Assembly: GCA_030295235.1 (NCBI GenBank)
Contig: AP026123.1
Span: 2,108,001 to 2,172,000 of the forward strand
DNA from: Fistulifera solaris
Lineage: Eukaryota
DNA: 64,000 nt
Direction: 5' to 3'
This document shows, in pieces, positions 10,075 to 23,905 of this stretch. The translations under genes were made by a program, and so were the position numbers. Positions within the stretch are counted from its first letter, which is position 1; the number at the start of each line of letters is the position of its first letter. Below the pieces are notes generated by a model. That model searched no databases and was not told the origin of the DNA. It worked only from the letters and a program-made list of their open reading frames with translations.

Positions 10075-12254
10075 TGCTCATTGCAGATTATTGAGGGAAA
10101 TTTTTATTGGGTAAAGAAATCTGAGTTCGAGGAAATCAGATATAGCATTTCACTGTATCACTCGATGTTTGTATCGCCCCTAGCTCGAATCGATATTTAG
10201 CTCTAAGTTAAAATTGAAACCATGGGCGAATCCTCATGAATTCATTCATTTTTATTAGCATAAACGTAACAAAAACCCAAAATTCATGATGTGTCTCCTT
10301 GAAAGAAACAACAACTGATATCCGTTATTTCTTCTCCCAAGACGACGTCTCGTTCAAATGAGCCATCCAGTCCGAATCCGTTTCTAATGCTTTATTTCGG
10401 CAAAAATGAATCCCTAAGACGTGGATAGGACTTAAAATAATATAATTTTGTGCTTTTGGCTACCCCGACAGGCGAACTTCCTTGAACCAAATGATAAAAC
10501 CAGATTCTCTCCAGTCAATAAGGTTCGATCCTCTTAATGTTAGATAGGGCTTGTTATTGTTATTGCAACAGGCGAACTTCCTCAAGCGAAATCATTAAAC
10601 CATACAGTCCTAATGTAAGATCATAAGCAACCTGACAGCCATATTGTCGTTCCTTTAACTTCCTCCTTAGTTTACAAAGCAGGGCATTTGACGTCCGATG
10701 GATAGTCCATACTCATGATGATAAGCAGCATGATTCACAACCACAAATCATCAATAACGTTCCGTCGCAGTGCAAAACGGTTTTAGTTTCTACCATAAAC
10801 ATTTTAAACTTTTCGCTCAAAAACCGTGCTCCTACGTGCAGTTTTGAGCTTTTCAATTAAACATAGTAAGGAAACCGATATAGCATTGAATGGATTTGTT
10901 CGCCTTTAAGACAGTTTTGCGTGATACATCGTCTTGAAAAGTATGCTACTTATGACTTTTAGATCTCAAAGACATTAGGAACCTGGTTACTTTTTCGAAT
11001 TGAGTTCCGCTTTGCTAGCCCCGCTTATTGTTTACCCAAAGAAATGAATGAATAACATTTGACAAAGGGCTTGCTTGTCGATGTTGCGAGTTGAACGAGT
11101 TTAACGTTCTGATCCTCATTAGCTCAGCAATCTTAGAAACGGAATAATCGCCAAATTCATAAACAAATGTATTATTGCTATCCGAAAGTGACTTTGATTA
11201 CGTTTGTCGTGTTGTTGATAGTTGTATAGCACAATGGTTAGTCAGCCCCCACCTTGAATTCAAATAAAAAATATATGAAACCTGCTTGTTTTATGTTCGG
11301 TATCACAACCCAGCAGCAAGCACTTGATAGATTTACAACAATATAAAAGTAACGACGGGGTTCGTAAGCACGTGTACGTGGTGATAGAAAAAGAGATTAT
11401 GATCGCTGATGGGCGAGCTGTAGATACGCCCCGCCATGCGCCATCCAAGTGACTATTTCTAATCAAGGAAGCTAGCTTGCTGGTGAAGATTTCTGCATAG
11501 ACGTTCTGTAGGTAGTGCGCGCCAAGCATCCTCTCAAGCCAAGTGAGCAATTCTGATCAGGGAAGCTAGCTTCCTTTATTCCCGAATATACTCAGTGGAT
11601 ATATTTTTAACTTCGATCCACGTGGTTTTACGAGAGAAATTGGGTACAAAAACCAAAGTTGTTTTTCAGTCTGGCAGATAATGAATCATCAATTTTAGGA
11701 AAATTTGTGTTTCTGATTTAATCAATTTCATTTCATAAACACAGACTATAAATGCCAATATTTTATTTTTTCGATCCACGTAATCTTACGAGAGAAATAT
11801 CGGATACCTGACAAAATGCGTTTGACAGGCTGGAATCTCTCAGACATAATAGAATCGATTTCAGGTTGGGCGTCAAGCTGAAGACGTTCAATGAATGTCG
11901 TCCTTGTCTTACTTGTCGCTCACAAGATACGATTTTGTCCGCCATTCCTTGGTTGTACGGCGAAGTCGGAATTGGCGCTCGCAGTGAGGCTTGGACTAAA
12001 AAAAGAGGCGCATGCCCCTATTTCGGTTTTGAGTTCGGTTCCGAGTAATGTAAATCTGCACTCAATTCGGTTCTCACTTTGTAGTCTAGAGAAAATACGG
12101 CTACTAGTCGTCTTATTTTTCCTAGTGTCAGAATGCAATTTCGACATCCGACTGAATTTTTCATTGTTCTTTTTTTCCCTACCCAATGCGGCTCTTAAGG
12201 TTTTGTCACGACAGGGGCGCGAGGCGCGTTTTTAGCTGCTCAAATCAGAAAAAA

Positions 12255-15200
12255 TTAACTATAAAGTTGGGCGACAAGCTGCGAAAAAGGGTTCGGTTTG
12301 TCTTTGTCTAAGCAATCAAGCAATTCTTGCGATCGGTTGGAACAGTGAAGACATACAAGAAGAATTGGAACGATTTTGTCGGGTATAGCTTGTGTCTCGT
12401 GCAGATTGTCACATGAGAGCACGGCGAGGTCGGCTATTGCGCTCGCAGCGCTAGGTTTGATTTGCTTTGCACATTCTAGATATTCTCTCCTAAGAAAGTA
12501 GAAAGCATTCCCTATCTCGGATTCGAGTGATGATAGACAGGTGATCGTAGATAGCCCGCGCCCAATTCGGCTTTTTAGTTGTCAGCTTCGTCCCCCCGTT
12601 GTCCATTCCTAGCAACAGCCTTGCCGTTAACGCACCAAGCCGCCAATTTGACTCACTGGAAGCAGGAAGAACTGCTTCAATAAGAGTGTCGACTGTACAG
12701 CGCGCTACATCGTGACAAGAGCCCAGTGTGGCTGAGTACAGGTAATTTTCGTTGTTAGATGAACAAGCCCAGCTGGTTGTTGAATCTTCATCAAAGCCGC
12801 TTATAATAAAGGTAGCAGCTGCTTCTCCTATCTTTGCTTCCCCTTTCCCACGATAAAAGATGTTGGGTAAAAAACAAAGTGCTGATTGGCGTTTGATCTC
12901 TTCGTCTTCCTTCGATTCGTTCGCAAAAGTATCATGAGCAACAGCGTCGCTGCCTATTTTCAATGCATATCGAAATAAGTCTCCAATTAAGCTCATTTCG
13001 TGCCGAAGTCTTGATCCCATCATTGGTCTCATCCCGTTCCCTCGCGCTAGTTTGTGCAATAACTCGCGGAGAATATGGTAGCAGTATCGCAAGGTGTTTT
13101 GCTGAGATGTTAGCATCGGTAAGGTGGCCGTGGCAACATCAAGCGCGCCTTGGTCTAAAGCCATTTCGAGCAAGTCAAGGACTTCCTCATGGCCCAACAT
13201 CCAGGACGAACTTGGAAGGGGGAAGAGCTTTCCGAAATTGCCCGGCTCGACTTGGCGCCCAACCTCTAGAAAGAACATTGAAAAATGAAGGGGTGAAGAA
13301 GCCATTCGCGCGCTGTCTACGCTGGTGGCTAAAAGTCGTTGTAGCAAACATTGCTTTGGGTCCAGTGTGAATGTCTCGTTATTGTTCAGGTTTTCCAGCA
13401 CTCTGAGGAAAAACACTTGGATTGCTAACATGAAAGCTTCATGAGAAGTACTCTGTTCGAAAACACGAACAGGATACTCTTGAAGGATTGTTGTCTGGTT
13501 CCAAACATCCGCAGCAATCGTTTGACTCGCAACAGAGTTAAGTGTAGGTAACAATCCCGGCGGTTTAACGCGAAATGCGCTTGGAGCAAATATTTCGTTT
13601 CGTAAAAAATCACACCTGAATAACAGGCTCTCGTGTCGATCGTCGAACGATCGGTGAAGCTTGTGGCTTTGTTGAGTTACAGCGATCATGCAGTCGGCGG
13701 GTCCAAGTTGGAGAGGACCTAATGTGATTTCCGTACTAGTTGTCGCGACAGGAACTTGCATCCAATCGGATGCTTTACCAGAAAAAGGCACTCCAGCCCA
13801 GCTTAGAGCTGGATGTGTGTACTGGCGACAAAAAGTATCTTTTAAAATATTTGATTCCGTTGCCTCGAAACAAAGCTCGCTGTCGCAATCTCCTTCTTCG
13901 CTGTTCCAAGACGGTACTATCCAGGTCACTATTTTATCGTCAAGTAGATGAATGATCCATACTGTTACCGGCCTTGACGTTGCTGCTGCTGTTGAAAATA
14001 TGGACCAAGACTGAGATATGCTGGATACTGACGATGACCTAGCGTCCGTACAATTTGAGGGGACAATTTCGCCGACAAGGCTAACGCCATTTCGAGACAG
14101 GGCCATAGCATCCAAACCAGCACCGAATTCCCTGGCAACTCCGATTGTAACCAGATGAGGGTCGGAAGAAGCTCGCGGTTTTTTAGCACCGAGATGGAAG
14201 TCAAACGAAGCGCCAGCGATGAAGATATCGCCTGGGCCTCCAATTGACCCCTCACCTACTAGTTCGCCTAGCACCCTGTAAGGTGGCGTATCCAATTTAT
14301 TCCCCCTTTTGGACTCTGCTGAAATAACTTGAAGCTGAAAACATAGGTATTCAGTCGACTCATTGTCGGTGGTAAGCAAAACGTACGATTTTCGCGATTC
14401 CTCTTTTGATACAAGAGGTTGCCCGAAAACGCTCAATTTCGAAGGAATAAAATCTTGAGCAAGCTTCAACCCCCAAGGCGAGGAGCAACTAGCGCCATTA
14501 CAGTCCGCTAGAAGTTGGTGACTCAGATCAAGTTTCGACTTGGACCAGCACGACAAGAAATATGAGAAAATGTTGCTCTCGTTCTGGATTTTTAGAACTG
14601 TAACGAGGATATCATCTGATAATCTATCATGAACAGACACAGTTTCTTCACTGTCTTCCCACCACGAAAAGCAAACAACTTGAAAGTTTTGCGCTATCAA
14701 ATCACTGCCAAGCAGATACCATCTAGGCCAAGCTCTTCGCTGTATGGAAACAGCGCAATTCTTCTCGCTTACTTTATCGATATCGGCAAGAGTCTCTCTC
14801 GATACGACGAAACTACTAGCAGACCTCTCGCTGGTCCAAAACCTGTTTTTTGTGTCAAAAAGTGAAGTTGATTTTTCAGCGACATCTACTACGCACAAAC
14901 CGACGTCGCAGGCAATTGCAATAGACCTGCCCCAGCGTCGACCAAATGCTGACATGCAGGGGTAGCGAATATGTGAAGGCAAACATGCTTCTGTCCACTC
15001 TAATTCGTAATCATCTCGTATCGCCCTTTTTTCATTCTTGGATATGCTACTGTTTTGGCGGTAAGAAAAACAGGCGAGTTGTGATCAAAGAAGGCATTGT
15101 TTGGCGATCGGCGTTCACAGGCAGGAGACAAAATCCCCAATTCGTATAAATCTTTCCTTATGAATTGCGTGACACTCAGTTCCCCGTGTAAAAACAAGGT

Positions 15201-16889
15201 AACGTCCGCTAGAACCATGATCTTATTCTGCTTGTCGCGAGCCAGTTGCAGGCATGAATACAGATAATGATCCGGGCACGAGTCGTGTTGGGCGTTTGAA
15301 GCCGTTTTGTATATTGAGAGGCCTTGTGTGTTGCTTTTCCAATGCCACAAAAGCGCATACGCTTCATTTGCCCCTGCGTCGTTGATGAAAAAGCACTGAA
15401 TAGTTGGTTCGTACTGAATTGGTCTGATATAGGTTACATGGGACACCCTTGTTGCGAGTGAGTGTGTTCGCTGGTCGTATCGATTATGATTGACCGAAGC
15501 TTCGAACACAAGCTGTGAGTGGGCAGACTCCTTCACATACTGCTTATTTATGGATAGCTGAGAAAGCACGCGCAACAACAAAGGAGACATTACATCGTCG
15601 AAATCTTGATCATTGCATAAGAGAACATATAGCGTGGATTGGTTACCACTTTGAAAAGAACAGCCAGCAAGTTACTTTTCGCCATCCAAGTAGCAAAAGT
15701 GATGCAACCGCTCTCTGAAAAGGAAAATTGTAGACGCCTTTGCGTCACTTGAAGGAACCAGCATCCGTCAGACGTATCGATAAGCACAAAAGGGTCGGGG
15801 CTTGTGAGATGGTCCTCAGTTACATCGGTGTTCGAGTTATTTTGCGGCAGTAGAAATTTATGAGCCTCGTCACTTTTTTTGACAAAGGTGAAATTCCACG
15901 TCAAACACACGTAAATTACCATCGACATCAATGGTGCACAACCGTCCTTTCTGTTTTTTAGCTAGCTCGGGTGTCGTTACTTGGTCCATACATTTAAGTC
16001 CGACTGGATTCAAGTGTGTATCGAAAGATGCAAAATCAATAAATCGACCAATAACACTGGCCCTTCGGTAAGAGACTGCCATAACACTGCCGTCACTGCA
16101 TCCCAAAAGAAGTAGGGATGACTCGTCATCATATCCTGATTTGGAGAAACCTTCATATGGTGTTCTAAGGTTGCATAAGCAAGTCGCTTTTCGAAAAGTG
16201 AGTGAATTTTCTTTGTTGTTCGCAACGCGAAGCAAACGCGGGGCAGCTGCAACCGGAATCTCCGTCAGGACCTCGCTGCCCACTATCGGAGCATGAATGT
16301 ACGTTGGAATCGGAGGCGGTGGTTTACCAGACTTCTTTCGAGGCACACGAAGCTGGAAAATCACAACAATCGATTCTTGACAGTCATCGAGAGGAACAAG
16401 GCAGGTCAGGAAACGTCTATCCGGCGAAAACAAAGTCTGCAATGGCGGAGCGCTATTTATGTTACTGGTGGATCTTTCGCCATTGCGCTCTTGTGTAGTT
16501 TCCAAGTAGAGTCGAAAAACTGACTCACGATGAGCGCTTTTTGAAAGTTGTTGGGAGAGAGGCGAAACGCGGACACGAATTTCAACAAATCTATCTTGCT
16601 TGGTCTCAGTGTTTCTGCAAACCATATAGCCGCATAGCGTAGTGACTACTGCTTGAAGTTCATTTTCAGGACATGAGCTAAAACTGCATAAAGAGGGGGA
16701 ATGCTCAGAATAGACGGCGTATTTCTCCTCCTCGTCATCCTTGGGATCGACAGTTTTGTTGATCGGCGAGAACGACAGCAAAGAAATGCTTTTACTACCT
16801 ATCGCTACTGGAAAGACCATGCCTCTGTCTTCTTCTCGGTTAGGAATGCAGGTCAACGACGGTGAAGTAGGAATCGTCAAGTTAAACAA
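12255..16889 (-). CDS. RIC1: RIC1-like subunit of the Rab6/Ypt6 GEF complex (frameshift-split)
   Basis: ORFs 15870-16889, 15590-15931, 15000-15590 and 12490-14982 tile one gene. RIC1-like motifs 'IRYPCMSAFGRRWGRSIAIA', 'EVGRQVEPGNFGKLFP', 'LEMALDQGALDVATATL'. A shifted frame continues to '...SQLVAQLYS*' (TAA 12255-12257). Confidence 0.75.
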
Positions 16890-17317
16890 CGTTCCTCATG
16901 GTCGGAATAATAATCACCATCTTGCGATGTGAAAAAATCACGCGCATGTTACTTTAGTACGAGCGTTGCAGACATCGTAGCGGTACCGGACTTTCATGCC
17001 TGCATTCTCTTTGAGGTTGACGTATTTATCTAGGCTTGTGCCTAGTTAAAAAATTCTAGTTTCATGAAGAGGGTTGGCTGAGATCGAAAGCAGACTCATC
17101 TTCCTTTAAGGTTACTATCGTCACTTTAATTATCACGGGTGTCGCGTGCTAATCCGCGTACTAGAGGCAACATGCCCAAGTGCGTGTGCCTAAAATGAAA
17201 AAAATTGGACGATGATTCTTTTGGCATTTGTCCGGATCATTGTACAGCTAGCTACATCGAAAACTATTGACGTCAGTTTTTGTACAAAACTAGGATATTT
17301 AGACTCTTATAAGCACT

Positions 17318-20300
17318 CTATGCACGTTTTCCGCGACATGCTCTGTTCATTTCTTGTCGTCTCCGATCGTCCATCGCCATCTGCTGCTTCTTTAGCTGAC
17401 GAAAGCGTTCTCGAATCGCCATGCAGTTAGGAACTGCACAATTTACTGTCTTGCATTGTCGCGCATGAATTTGCAAAGGGCCCAAATACGCTTGCATACA
17501 TTGCAACCACCTGTTGCCTTGATTTGACACTGCGATCCATGCTTCAAAAGACCCTTCATCTTGGTACAGTTCGCCGAGGGGCACTTCGCATTGGAACATG
17601 TGGCAGCATGTTGTAGAAGTGTCATGTGCAACTGTATACTGCGCTGACGCTCTTTACGCTGCTCTTCTGTCAAATCAGATTGTTGGCCGTTACCGACCGC
17701 AATCGGTTTCAACGGATGTGGATGCCTCGGCATCTTCGAGTTTGATACGCACTCGTGGCATTGATCGAAGTCTGCACAAGTAGGACAGTGGTATCGCACA
17801 CCAGTTAATATTTCCCTGGAACACGTGGCGCATTGTTGTACAAACTTGGGGGCGTCACGATTGTGAAGGTGCCACAGCACCATCATCGAAGAATGTTTTG
17901 CTCGACGGATCGTATCAAATTGGTAATGGTTTCCCTGACAAAGATTCAAGAACGCTTGCCGGTTGTTCAAGAATTCGCAATCAAGCTCCTCTTCATCATC
18001 GTCCAAGACTTTTACAGTTCGACCCTTGCTATCTTTGACAGTGATCGTTTTCGTAGCGTCTGATTTAGTTTTGGCAGGATCGTCTTCCTTAGAACTTTCT
18101 TCTTTCGGGACACCTTCCAAGTCTCTTTTCCTGGCAGCCATGGCGGCGAATTTTCCTTCCCGGATACTCAAATTTACTGCGTTGGGTTGAGAAGCAGTCG
18201 CTGGAACGGAAGCGCTTTCTTCCGCCTTCATGTCAACTTGTGGAGCGGATTGTACATCTCCGTTAAGCTCTCCTGCGGTAGGATCCGAGTCTGGCTTATC
18301 AGAAGATTTATTAACCTCTAATGACTCATCACCTTTGTCGTTCTTTGCCTCGACGCCGTTTGCGTCTGTGTCCATATGCGTTGTGGTATCTTTCTCTTCT
18401 TCAAGCTTGACTGGCTGCTGTTCCGTTGTTTCAGTCGCTGCTTTGTCGGTGGATGTCGGATTCTCCGTGATTGAGCTCTCACTTGAATTCAGTTTTTCGT
18501 TCGTATCCATTTCACTTGAATCCGCCGTTTTAGGATTATCTTTGGTCGCCGTTTCTGTTGACTCGCCTTCGTTGATCTTCCACGTGACGCCGTGCTCTTT
18601 GCGGTACTCTTCAATTTCTTTCGGAACTTGCATGTCCTCTTCCTTCGCCCCGCTCCAGGCGAGATAAGCCACAATAAAACTTTCCTTCATCGGTTGAATG
18701 GTTTCTCCCAATTTTACCATGACGTAGTCTCGACCTCCTTCCTCTAAACTTTTCTGATCAGCGCCGGATGGCAGAATGCCGCTGGCTTTCAAAGCCTCCT
18801 CGTCTAAGCCCGTAGACCGTGTGCCGCCACGACCAGACTTCTTCTTTTGTTTCGCCTTTTCCTTTTTCTTGCCTTGAAAGCTCGACTTTTTCCCCGTTTT
18901 CCCTTCTTCGATGTCTTTGATGATATTCTCGGCTTCGGCTGGAAAATAATCCCCGTCCATGTAAGGAACAACCGTGGCATCATTCTTCGGATTCGAGAAA
19001 TAGAGATCATACATGTTCGTCACTTTTCCAACAATTCCTCTCCGTTGTGACTCAACAAGCATGTCAATATACCACTGTTTCAAACGATCGTCTCTAGGAG
19101 TTTTCTGGTCTTCCGGTTTTGCATATAAGATGTAGTCATCGCCCTTCAAAGGAGGACACGCCCAAATGTGGGCTGTGGCGAACCCTCGACGGCGCACGTA
19201 GTCTAGGTAGGAAATCAAAATTTCATGGTAAATGAAAGTTCTCATCTGCCGCGGGCGCATGTAGTGAACGCTGTCTAAGTACGAAACATAGACAGTGCGG
19301 TTGTTGGGAGGAGGGTTTTTCTCGTCGTGCTCATAAACATAAAGCCCAAACAGAACAACGTCCACCCCGTCGAGATTTTGGAAAACAATGAAGCACTTGC
19401 AGCGAAAAGTGAATTCCTCGGGGTAATTCTTGAATGCATACCTTCTTTTCATGCGTTCCCTAACTTCCAGTTTTCTGTCCATGGACGTGACTTGCCGTAT
19501 CGTAATCGCGCCTCCCATTTGAATCTTTTTCTTGGCCTCTTCGAAAGGAATGTTTTCTGCAATGGACACCGCCTTAGACTTCTTCTCAACAAACTCATCG
19601 ACCTTCTGACGAACATGAGATTCCAGATACTGAGACATCTTCGTTCGAGGTAGATCTTCCGCCATCGGCGAGGAGGAGGTAGCTTCTAGGTTACCTCTTT
19701 TCTTACGTTCCTCGATCGTGCAACGAGGACAAGCATACTCCGAGCGTTGATCCTTGTTCTGTCTTGTGTTGAACAAGGCACAAATCTGGTGTACCCATCG
19801 CTCGCACCGATCACATTGCACCCAGCTTTCCTCATGCACCTCGTCGTTCTTCTTTTCGTCAAGCTTTCTTTCTTTACTTGAATATCACCTAGATCAATTG
19901 TTGAATTATCCCGGAGTTCCTGGTAACATTGATGACACCAATGATATTGATTGTTACCAGCCACGTAGTAGTGGCTGTTCCGTCGTATACGCTTCGACGG
20001 ACAATTCATGCCATTACAATAGAAGACTGGAGGCTCAAAAAGTAGCTTTTCGCAACCGCACAACAGACACGCTTCTCCGTTTTTCCTTTTCACATCTTCC
20101 TCCTCATTGAGAACTTCGATCAATTTGGCATAATCACGCACAAATTTCTCCCTCATCTCTTTTGCCATATTGTATACAACTGAACCTTCAGGGTTATAAA
20201 GCATCGCGTTGTCAAATGTCAGTAAAACATGCTCCTCGAACTCTTCAATCTTCTGATAGACACCATTCTCGAGCTTCTTCCTAATCGTCCCAAGGTCCAT

Positions 20301-21980
20301 TGGTTTCTTGATGACTTCAAAATAGTCAGGTAAACCAAGCTCGACCGGATCAACCGGGGTATTGAAAACCCAAGCATGCTGATGTGACTGCAGCAGTCGT
20401 AACACGTCAAGGCATTTCGCTTTCAGCTTTACTGGGGGCAACTGCAAACCGTTGTTCAGCGACTCGATATGACATTCAATCTGTTCGACCGAGAAACAAT
20501 TGATCAACGTGTGATCCTCCTGAGGTTTTGGGCCGGAATATTTCGGAGTTATGACCTGCCCGTTCGAAAAAGCCAAGCCAGGTGTAGCTGCAACAACCGG
20601 GCGCGAACTCTGTTGTTGCAACGCTTGTTGGTGGGCTAGCTGTGGATCCGTTTGTTGTAAGCCCGGTTGTTGCGATAGGCTGTAGCCGGATTGCGTTTGG
20701 ACGGGTACACCTGGTCGCGCGCTTGGGTGCTGCAAGGGTCGCTGTTGAACTTGAAAAGATGGGGCGGTCAATACCCCAGCAGTCCGTTGTTTCTTGTTCG
20801 GTGGTTCATTAGACAGGGGCTGCGGCGGTTGCGCTGAAACGGCCCCCGCCGGAACTGGTGCAAGAGGTTGTTGCTGCGTACCGTCTTGTGTCTGGTTTTG
20901 CTGCACAGCTTGCTGATGCCGTTGTTTGAGCGCTTGCATGTGCTTTTGCTTTTCGTGACTCCGATGGATGGCTTCGCGAACTGGTCCGCACACAGGGCAT
21001 CGCACGTCTTTGCAGCGATGGTAATGGCTCAAAACGTAACGAGAGCTTACGCAATGCGGAACAAGACATTTCTGGTTTTTGCATTCAGCAATATGCTTCC
21101 ACAATCGCTTCATACCTGCGCAGTGAGGGGTCACTGGGCATCGACCGTCTTCGTACTGACATTTTGCTGCGTGACGTAAGAGAAGTAGGCGCTGCTGTTG
21201 ATGTCGAAGGACTTGCTGTCTATTAGCTATTTGCCTTCCTCCATTGTTAGCCGTTGATAAATTTGGATTAGGTGCGCCTGAAAGTGCCGCCGGAGGTGCA
21301 GGAGCAGCCGGAGCGGCCCCCGGCTGACCGTATTGAATCTGTTGTAACGGAGGCGCCGGAGCAGCGACTGGGGCCTGCGGCTGCGAAGGAGCCGATGTCT
21401 GGGAGCCCATCATGGGGTTAATCTCAGCCATATTCACTATCCGTTGCTGTCCGTTGCTGACTTGTTGAGCCGGCATCTGAAGTGGTTGCTGTGTTTGTGG
21501 TTTGACGAGAGGTTGTTCTTGCGGCATCTGCCCAGCCATAGTCGACCGCGAGAACTGATTTATACCTGGCTGTTGCGCTTGTTGCTGCATCTTTTGTTGT
21601 TGCATCAACGCTTGTTGTTGCTGAAGTTTTTTTGTCTTCATTCCGATGTTGACGGCAAGTTGCTGCAGCCTGTGCTTCAAAGTATTTGCATCATTATACT
21701 CATTGAACGACTTCGCCGACCTGTACAAAGACTCTTCCAACCTTTTCGCCATTTGAGGCAACTTTTTCAGCCACTCCTGTGGCGCGTTAGGCTTCCGTTG
21801 TTGCAAGAGGTGCACAATTTTCGCAATCATTTTCCGACGATCCTCATAATCTTTGTCACTTTGCCATCCTCCATTTAGCCCTTGATGCGGAAATATTTGC
21901 TGCTGCTGTGGTTGTTGTTGTGTATTAGGTTGGGGAAAGCTCGTTCCACCGGAGCTGGGCTGCTGCGGATGAGTTTGCAT
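17318..21980 (-). CDS. CBP: CBP/p300 histone acetyltransferase (KIX-like, TAZ, bromo, RING/PHD, KAT11 HAT, ZZ, TAZ2)
   Basis: TAZ '[10 protein letters not shown]', bromodomain '[22 protein letters not shown]', HAT 'YVSYLDSV...HIWACPP', ZZ and TAZ2. Frameshifts about 19850 and 17480 lie in A/T runs. Confidence 0.95.
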
Positions 21981-22969
21981 ATTGTTGCTTGGAATGTTTT
22001 TTCCCGAAAAAAGAAAACAAAATGGAGGATCGGCAGGCACAAATCGACAGCCGCAAAAGCGATACGTCCTAGCCGCTTCCTTTATCTTCAAAATGAGAGC
22101 AAAGTAAGTCAAGGAGTTTCGTTTAAAAGAAAAGAGACGCTTTGAAAAAGGTCGGCCAAAATTAGCTGCAAGTACCGCCAGCGTTCGTGCTTGTCACCGC
22201 GGCCGCGAGCGAAAACTCCCCGTTCTACGTGGCTTCACTACGAGATGGCCGTGGGGATTTTCGCATCTCACCATGATGACACGAATTGAGCGAACATCTC
22301 GAAAAAACATCTTTTCGAACAAAAATAAGATCGTTTCATGCTGCCATCTACTTAAGAAATATTATGAACATGAAAAACGTCGAAAGAACACTTACAATAG
22401 GATGTCAATAAGTGATTGTTACCCCGATGATGCCTTCCGCATGAACGTCTTGCTGCAGGGGCGTCCGTAGGAGTTTATACGGCAGATTACTGGGAAGATT
22501 GATGAGGGTGAGGGGTGGGGAAGAATTCATTCATTGCCGTGATGGCATGGTCGGCTCATAACCGGTTGACGAAAAATCACACAACAGACCTCTGCCTTAA
22601 TTGGCGTTCGTCTTCGCCTCATTTGTTAGAAAAAAGATGTGAAGTCGAGAACCGGAACAGAAAAGTATGCTCTGTCGCTTTAAGTACACTTTTTAAATCT
22701 ACCGATTATAGTACAATTACACAGTCAAATTTTTACTTACTACGTACGGTAGTCATCCATTCCACTCGTACTGGTACTCAAAATTTAGTGTTCTCGAAAA
22801 TACGCCTGTGCGCAACTCTCCGCAAAGATCTTGCTTTCTCTCTGAGAGAGTCTAGAGAGACCGAGTGGGTTCTAACGCCAACGCCCACTCCAAAATGAGG
22901 AATTAAATCGGTTGAACAGCTTTAAAATATCTTGCCGAGAGATTAGCGTTACAGTTCATTTACAAAAAT

Positions 22970-23905
22970 TCATATTTCCACCGTCCGCAAGACTAGCTCC
23001 CGCAGCTCGCCGGGATTTCTCGCAGCTGTCTGAAACGAGATGGGGAGTTCCGCAGTTTCGAGGTCAAACGTTGTCTTCCCGAGCAAGATTTCATCGGCAT
23101 AGTTGGCACGAATAACAAGACCAGCAGGCCCGATAAGGGCAACCGCGGCCTGTTGAACATCGAAATCTTCTCCCAAAACAGTTGACATCGTACGACACGC
23201 TAGGCCCCTTAGGTCCTTCGAGAATTCGTCTTCATTTAGCAGTTTCTTCAAAAATTCGCACTCGGCAATAAGCTCGCCGATTGGGTTTACCCACCAGTGA
23301 GGCAACTCAACCTCGTGACAACGGCTTAACTCTTTGTAGCGTCTCTCTTCGGCACGATATGCCTCAAAATTATCCATCTCATGACGTATCTTTTCTACCA
23401 TTCTTGTAGCTTCAAAATCGAGAGCATTGATATTATCGTAGATGCATTCCGATAAGGAATCAAGCGAGCTACCAGCGTGACAAGGAGAAGGAAAAGACAC
23501 AGGGACAGAAAGTGTAATGCATTCCTCGTTCTCGCAGAGAACAGCTTCAATGTCCAGATGCTTTTCATCCATATCAAGAACCTGAACCTTTTCGATGTTA
23601 TCTAATCGAATTGCGCGATCGGGAGGGCTAAAAGCCACTGCTAATCTGGCGAGGGACGCAACGAAGTTCTTTGATATGCTTTCGGCGAGCTGGTTGCAGG
23701 GAGAACTCGTTCTTGCGTACTTGTTGATATACAAGCTGCTCCCTACAGAATCGATTTCCTCAAAGCGTTCTCCATCAGAAGAAAAGATGAGGGCGTCTCG
23801 AGAACATAACGTCCTTTTTCGGAATGCTAACTTGTTTGTATGACCATGGAAGGAGGAGGAAGAAACCGAGAAGAGAACTACAATGATCACAGTTACGTAA
23901 TGCAT
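22970..23905 (-). CDS. Probable plastid-targeted protein with two DUF2470-like domains
   Basis: 311-aa ORF. Signal peptide then 'SSS-F' (ASAFAP-like) transit. Two units ending 'LSVPVSFPSPC' and 'ELPISFQTAA'. Domain call is by eye. Confidence 0.6.
   Translation of the reverse strand: MHYVTVIIVVLFSVSSSSFHGHTNKLAFRKRTLCSRDALIFSSDGERFEEIDSVGSSLYINKYARTSSPCNQLAESISKNFVASLARLAVAFSPPDRAIRLDNIEKVQVLDMDEKHLDIEAVLCENEECITLSVPVSFPSPCHAGSSLDSLSECIYDNINALDFEATRMVEKIRHEMDNFEAYRAEERRYKELSRCHEVELPHWWVNPIGELIAECEFLKKLLNEDEFSKDLRGLACRTMSTVLGEDFDVQQAAVALIGPAGLVIRANYADEILLGKTTFDLETAELPISFQTAARNPGELRELVLRTVEI

Noticed and set aside
22836..22892. Short inverted repeats (CTCTC-T-GAGAG; GAGTGGG...CCCACTC)
   Set aside because: Too short to exceed chance; no recognisable RNA family.
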